The translations under genes were made by a program, and so were the position numbers. Below, in pieces: positions 34,710 through 36,871 of a stretch of DNA of 36,871 bases. The number at the start of each line of letters is the position of its first letter. Positions within the stretch are counted from its first letter, which is position 1. The notes under the pieces were generated by a model, which saw only the letters and a list, made by a program, of their open reading frames with translations, was not told where the DNA came from and made no database searches. Origin of the DNA: a virus (taxonomy: Duplodnaviria > Caudoviricetes); the IMG/VR virus record IMGVR_UViG_3300048599_000821, positions 1 through 36,871 of that record. One strand, 5' to 3'.

Positions 34710-35903
34710 ATGATGTTGACGATCGGGGCGGCGAAAGCCGCCGCGCCGCAGGCGCGCGCTTATAAATTGCACGATACGGGCGGTCTGTTCCTGTTCGTCA
34801 CGCCGGCGGGGACGAAAAGCTGGCGGCTCAAATACCGGTGGCGCGGCCGCGAGAAGCTGCTCGTGCTCGGGCGCTTTCCCGAGATGGCGCTGCCGGCGGC
34901 GCGCGCCGCGCGCGAGGCGGCGAAGCTGCAGCTGCTCGCCAGCGTCGATCCGGCGCAGCGAAAAGAGGACGGCCACCGGTTCGAGACGGTCGCGCGCGCC
35001 TGGCACCGGCATCAGAAGGCGCGCTGGTCGCGCGCGCATGCCGAGGACGTCATCGCGAGCCTGGTCCGCGATATCTTTCCCGCGATCGGCGCGCGGCCGA
35101 TCGGCTCGATCGAGCCGGCCGAGCTGCTCGAACTGGTGCGCGCGGTCGAGGCGCGCGGTTGCCTCGAGAGCGCGGGCCGCCTGCGCCAGCGACTGTCAGC
35201 GATCTTCGGCTTCGCGATCGCCGAGGGGATGGCGACGACCGATCCGGCCGCGCAGCTCGGCCGCGCGATGGCGGGCGGGAAGCTCGCGACGCCGCACCCC
35301 GCGCTGGTGTCGATCGCGGCATGCCGGGCGCTGCTCGCCGCCTGTGCCGCGCTCGACGTCGCGCCGGCGGTCCAGCGCGCGTCGCTGTTCCTCGCCCTCA
35401 CCGCGGTGCGCCTCGACGCGGTGCGCGGCATGCGCTGGGGCGAGGTCGAAGATCTGGACGGGCCGGCGCCGAGCTGGCGGGTGCCGCCGGCGCGGATGAA
35501 ATTGTCGCGGGCGAAAAAGGCCGAGGACCGATTCGCACACCTGGTGCCGCTGTCGCCGGCGGCGGTCGCCGTTCTGCGCGCGGCCGCCGCGGATCGCCGC
35601 GGATCCTGTGACGGCAACGATCTGGTCTTTCCCGGCCGCGATCGCGCGCGGCCGATCGGCGCCGCGACGCTGCGCGAGCTCTATGTTCGCGCCGGCCATG
35701 GCGGCCGCCACGTGCCGCACGGATGGCGCGCGAGCTTTTCGACGATCCTCAACGAGGAACTGGGCGAGGCGTGGTCGGCCGCGATCGACGCGGCGCTGGC
35801 GCATAGCCCGAAGGACAAGGTCGAGGCGGCCTATAACCGCGCCGAGCGACTGGCGCGCCGGCGCGAGTTGATGAACCGGTGGGGCGATCTGCTCTGCGGC
35901 TGA
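34710..35903 (+). CDS. int: P4-type tyrosine integrase with N-terminal arm-binding domain
   Basis: YKLHDTGGLFLFVTPAGTKSWRLKYR; catalytic R (TAVR), K (RMK), HGWR, H (LAH), Y (AAYNR). Confidence 0.95.
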   Translation: MMLTIGAAKAAAPQARAYKLHDTGGLFLFVTPAGTKSWRLKYRWRGREKLLVLGRFPEMALPAARAAREAAKLQLLASVDPAQRKEDGHRFETVARAWHRHQKARWSRAHAEDVIASLVRDIFPAIGARPIGSIEPAELLELVRAVEARGCLESAGRLRQRLSAIFGFAIAEGMATTDPAAQLGRAMAGGKLATPHPALVSIAACRALLAACAALDVAPAVQRASLFLALTAVRLDAVRGMRWGEVEDLDGPAPSWRVPPARMKLSRAKKAEDRFAHLVPLSPAAVAVLRAAAADRRGSCDGNDLVFPGRDRARPIGAATLRELYVRAGHGGRHVPHGWRASFSTILNEELGEAWSAAIDAALAHSPKDKVEAAYNRAERLARRRELMNRWGDLLCG

Positions 35904-36112
35904 TGCATTCGACGAATGCGCCGGCCGATCGTGCCGAAACGGCGGTCGGGGCTGGCACGGCCCTTGCTCTCGGCCCCTGCCGAGCCATGCGGCGGCGCAG
36001 CCGCCGCGCACGACGGTGCTGTCGGCGGTGAGGCCGAGGCGTTGAATTTCGTTCGGGGGGTGGGCCAGTCTATATGGCGCGTGCCGAAGGCACTCCTTTC
36101 AAGGGATATTAT

Positions 36113-36871
36113 CTATATCCCCCCGGTTTCAACCGCCCTCGACGATTCGCGCTCCTGGTCCAACAGGGCTGCGATGCGGGCCAGGGTTTCTCCCGCAAGC
36201 TGATCGCCATTCCAGGTCGCGGCGTGGAAGTCGCTTGCGCTCATCGCGTCGAGGGTGGCCTTCCATTCCTTCTCGCGCTGCTCGCGCGCCCAGTCGGCGT
36301 CGTCGGGCGTCGGGGCCCGGCCCATGAGGGCAGCGACGGCATGTTCCATCGCCTTGGGCAGCAGCAGCGCGTAGGCGTTGCTGACCTGTTTCACCTGGGG
36401 GCCGGCACCGTCGGCATCCTCGACGGGCTCGCTGCGGCGAACCCAGTGCAGAAAGCCAGCCGCGCGAAGGCGGCGCAGGGCGGCGTGGACGGCGGCATAG
36501 CTGTGGCCGATCGCTTCGGCGATCGTCGCGATCGCGGGGTCGAGCCGTCCGGTCTTATAGTCCAGATAACGCTGATACAGGACCTCGAGCACGGCGAGGC
36601 CGATATGCCCCAGGACCCCGTTGCGCACGCCGGCATTCTCGCGCTGGCGCTGTCGTCGGGTGCGGCGCTCGAGCTCGTGCGCGCTTTTCAGGATCGCGCC
36701 GATGCGGCGCTTGGCGCCGCGGGTGTTGCCGCCCATGAACGGACGCCAGATGCGATCCTCGATCTGTCCCTTGTAATAGCTGTTGCGCCACACCGGTTGC
36801 CCGGAGCGCCGCGACTTGGCCGCGGGCAGGTTGCCGAGGATCTGGCCCAGGCTGCGAGTCGGGGCGTTCAT
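36113..36871 (-). CDS. HTH-containing replication initiator (plasmid RepA-like)
   Basis: LDYKTGRLDPAIATIAEAIGHSYAAVHAALRRLRAAGFLHWVRR...QVSNAY. Confidence 0.75.
   Translation of the reverse strand: MNAPTRSLGQILGNLPAAKSRRSGQPVWRNSYYKGQIEDRIWRPFMGGNTRGAKRRIGAILKSAHELERRTRRQRQRENAGVRNGVLGHIGLAVLEVLYQRYLDYKTGRLDPAIATIAEAIGHSYAAVHAALRRLRAAGFLHWVRRSEPVEDADGAGPQVKQVSNAYALLLPKAMEHAVAALMGRAPTPDDADWAREQREKEWKATLDAMSASDFHAATWNGDQLAGETLARIAALLDQERESSRAVETGGI

Larger units (their letters stand above)
1..36871. mobile_element. Temperate HK97-like siphophage genome (prophage, or episomal/circularly permuted form)
   Basis: Contiguous immunity, packaging, head, tail, lysis, integrase and replication modules; no host housekeeping genes seen in the window. 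Confidence 0.95.

Noticed and set aside
34710-35903. Integrase pseudogene (very GC/Ala-rich)
   Set aside because: ORF is full length with the R-K-H-R-H-Y catalytic residues present
35916-36203. 95-aa ORF as an excisionase
   Set aside because: No HTH/AlpA features, and it overlaps the rep 3' end on the opposite strand
1-36871. CRISPR arrays, tRNA or rRNA genes, IS elements
   Set aside because: No regularly spaced repeats, cloverleaf or transposase motifs recognised

Overview
The window is a near-complete (~37 kb), GC-rich, temperate HK97/lambda-like siphophage genome. The host is probably an alphaproteobacterium such as a Sphingomonadaceae member, inferred from the GTTC-N7-GTTC SOS box, the GapR/DUF2312 homologue and the tail gene types. 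Layout: (i) a leftward, translationally coupled early operon (1-7618) with two ParB-like proteins, a GapR homologue, three tandem paralogous small genes, a CII-like gene and cro; (ii) a 434-like cro/cI switch whose CI lacks a peptidase domain, followed by a WYL-TerB fusion, a HIRAN protein and a Zn-ribbon protein; (iii) a LexA-like HTH gene, a putative late regulator and a hairpin-rich intergenic region; (iv) Mu Gam-like, HNH, terminase, head, tail, receptor-binding and lysis genes, including a -1 frameshift chaperone, an embedded o-spanin and an antisense GDSL esterase moron; (v) an SOS-box-controlled gene, an apparently unsplit attP, a P4-type tyrosine integrase and a convergent HTH replication initiator. 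The most interesting leads are the CI/WYL-TerB/HIRAN cassette, the SOS-box gene combined with a non-cleavable CI, the paired SGNH esterases, the paralogue triplet, and the intact attP plus Rep/ParB arrangement, which suggests an episomal or phage-plasmid state. All family calls come from motif recognition by eye; no searches were run.
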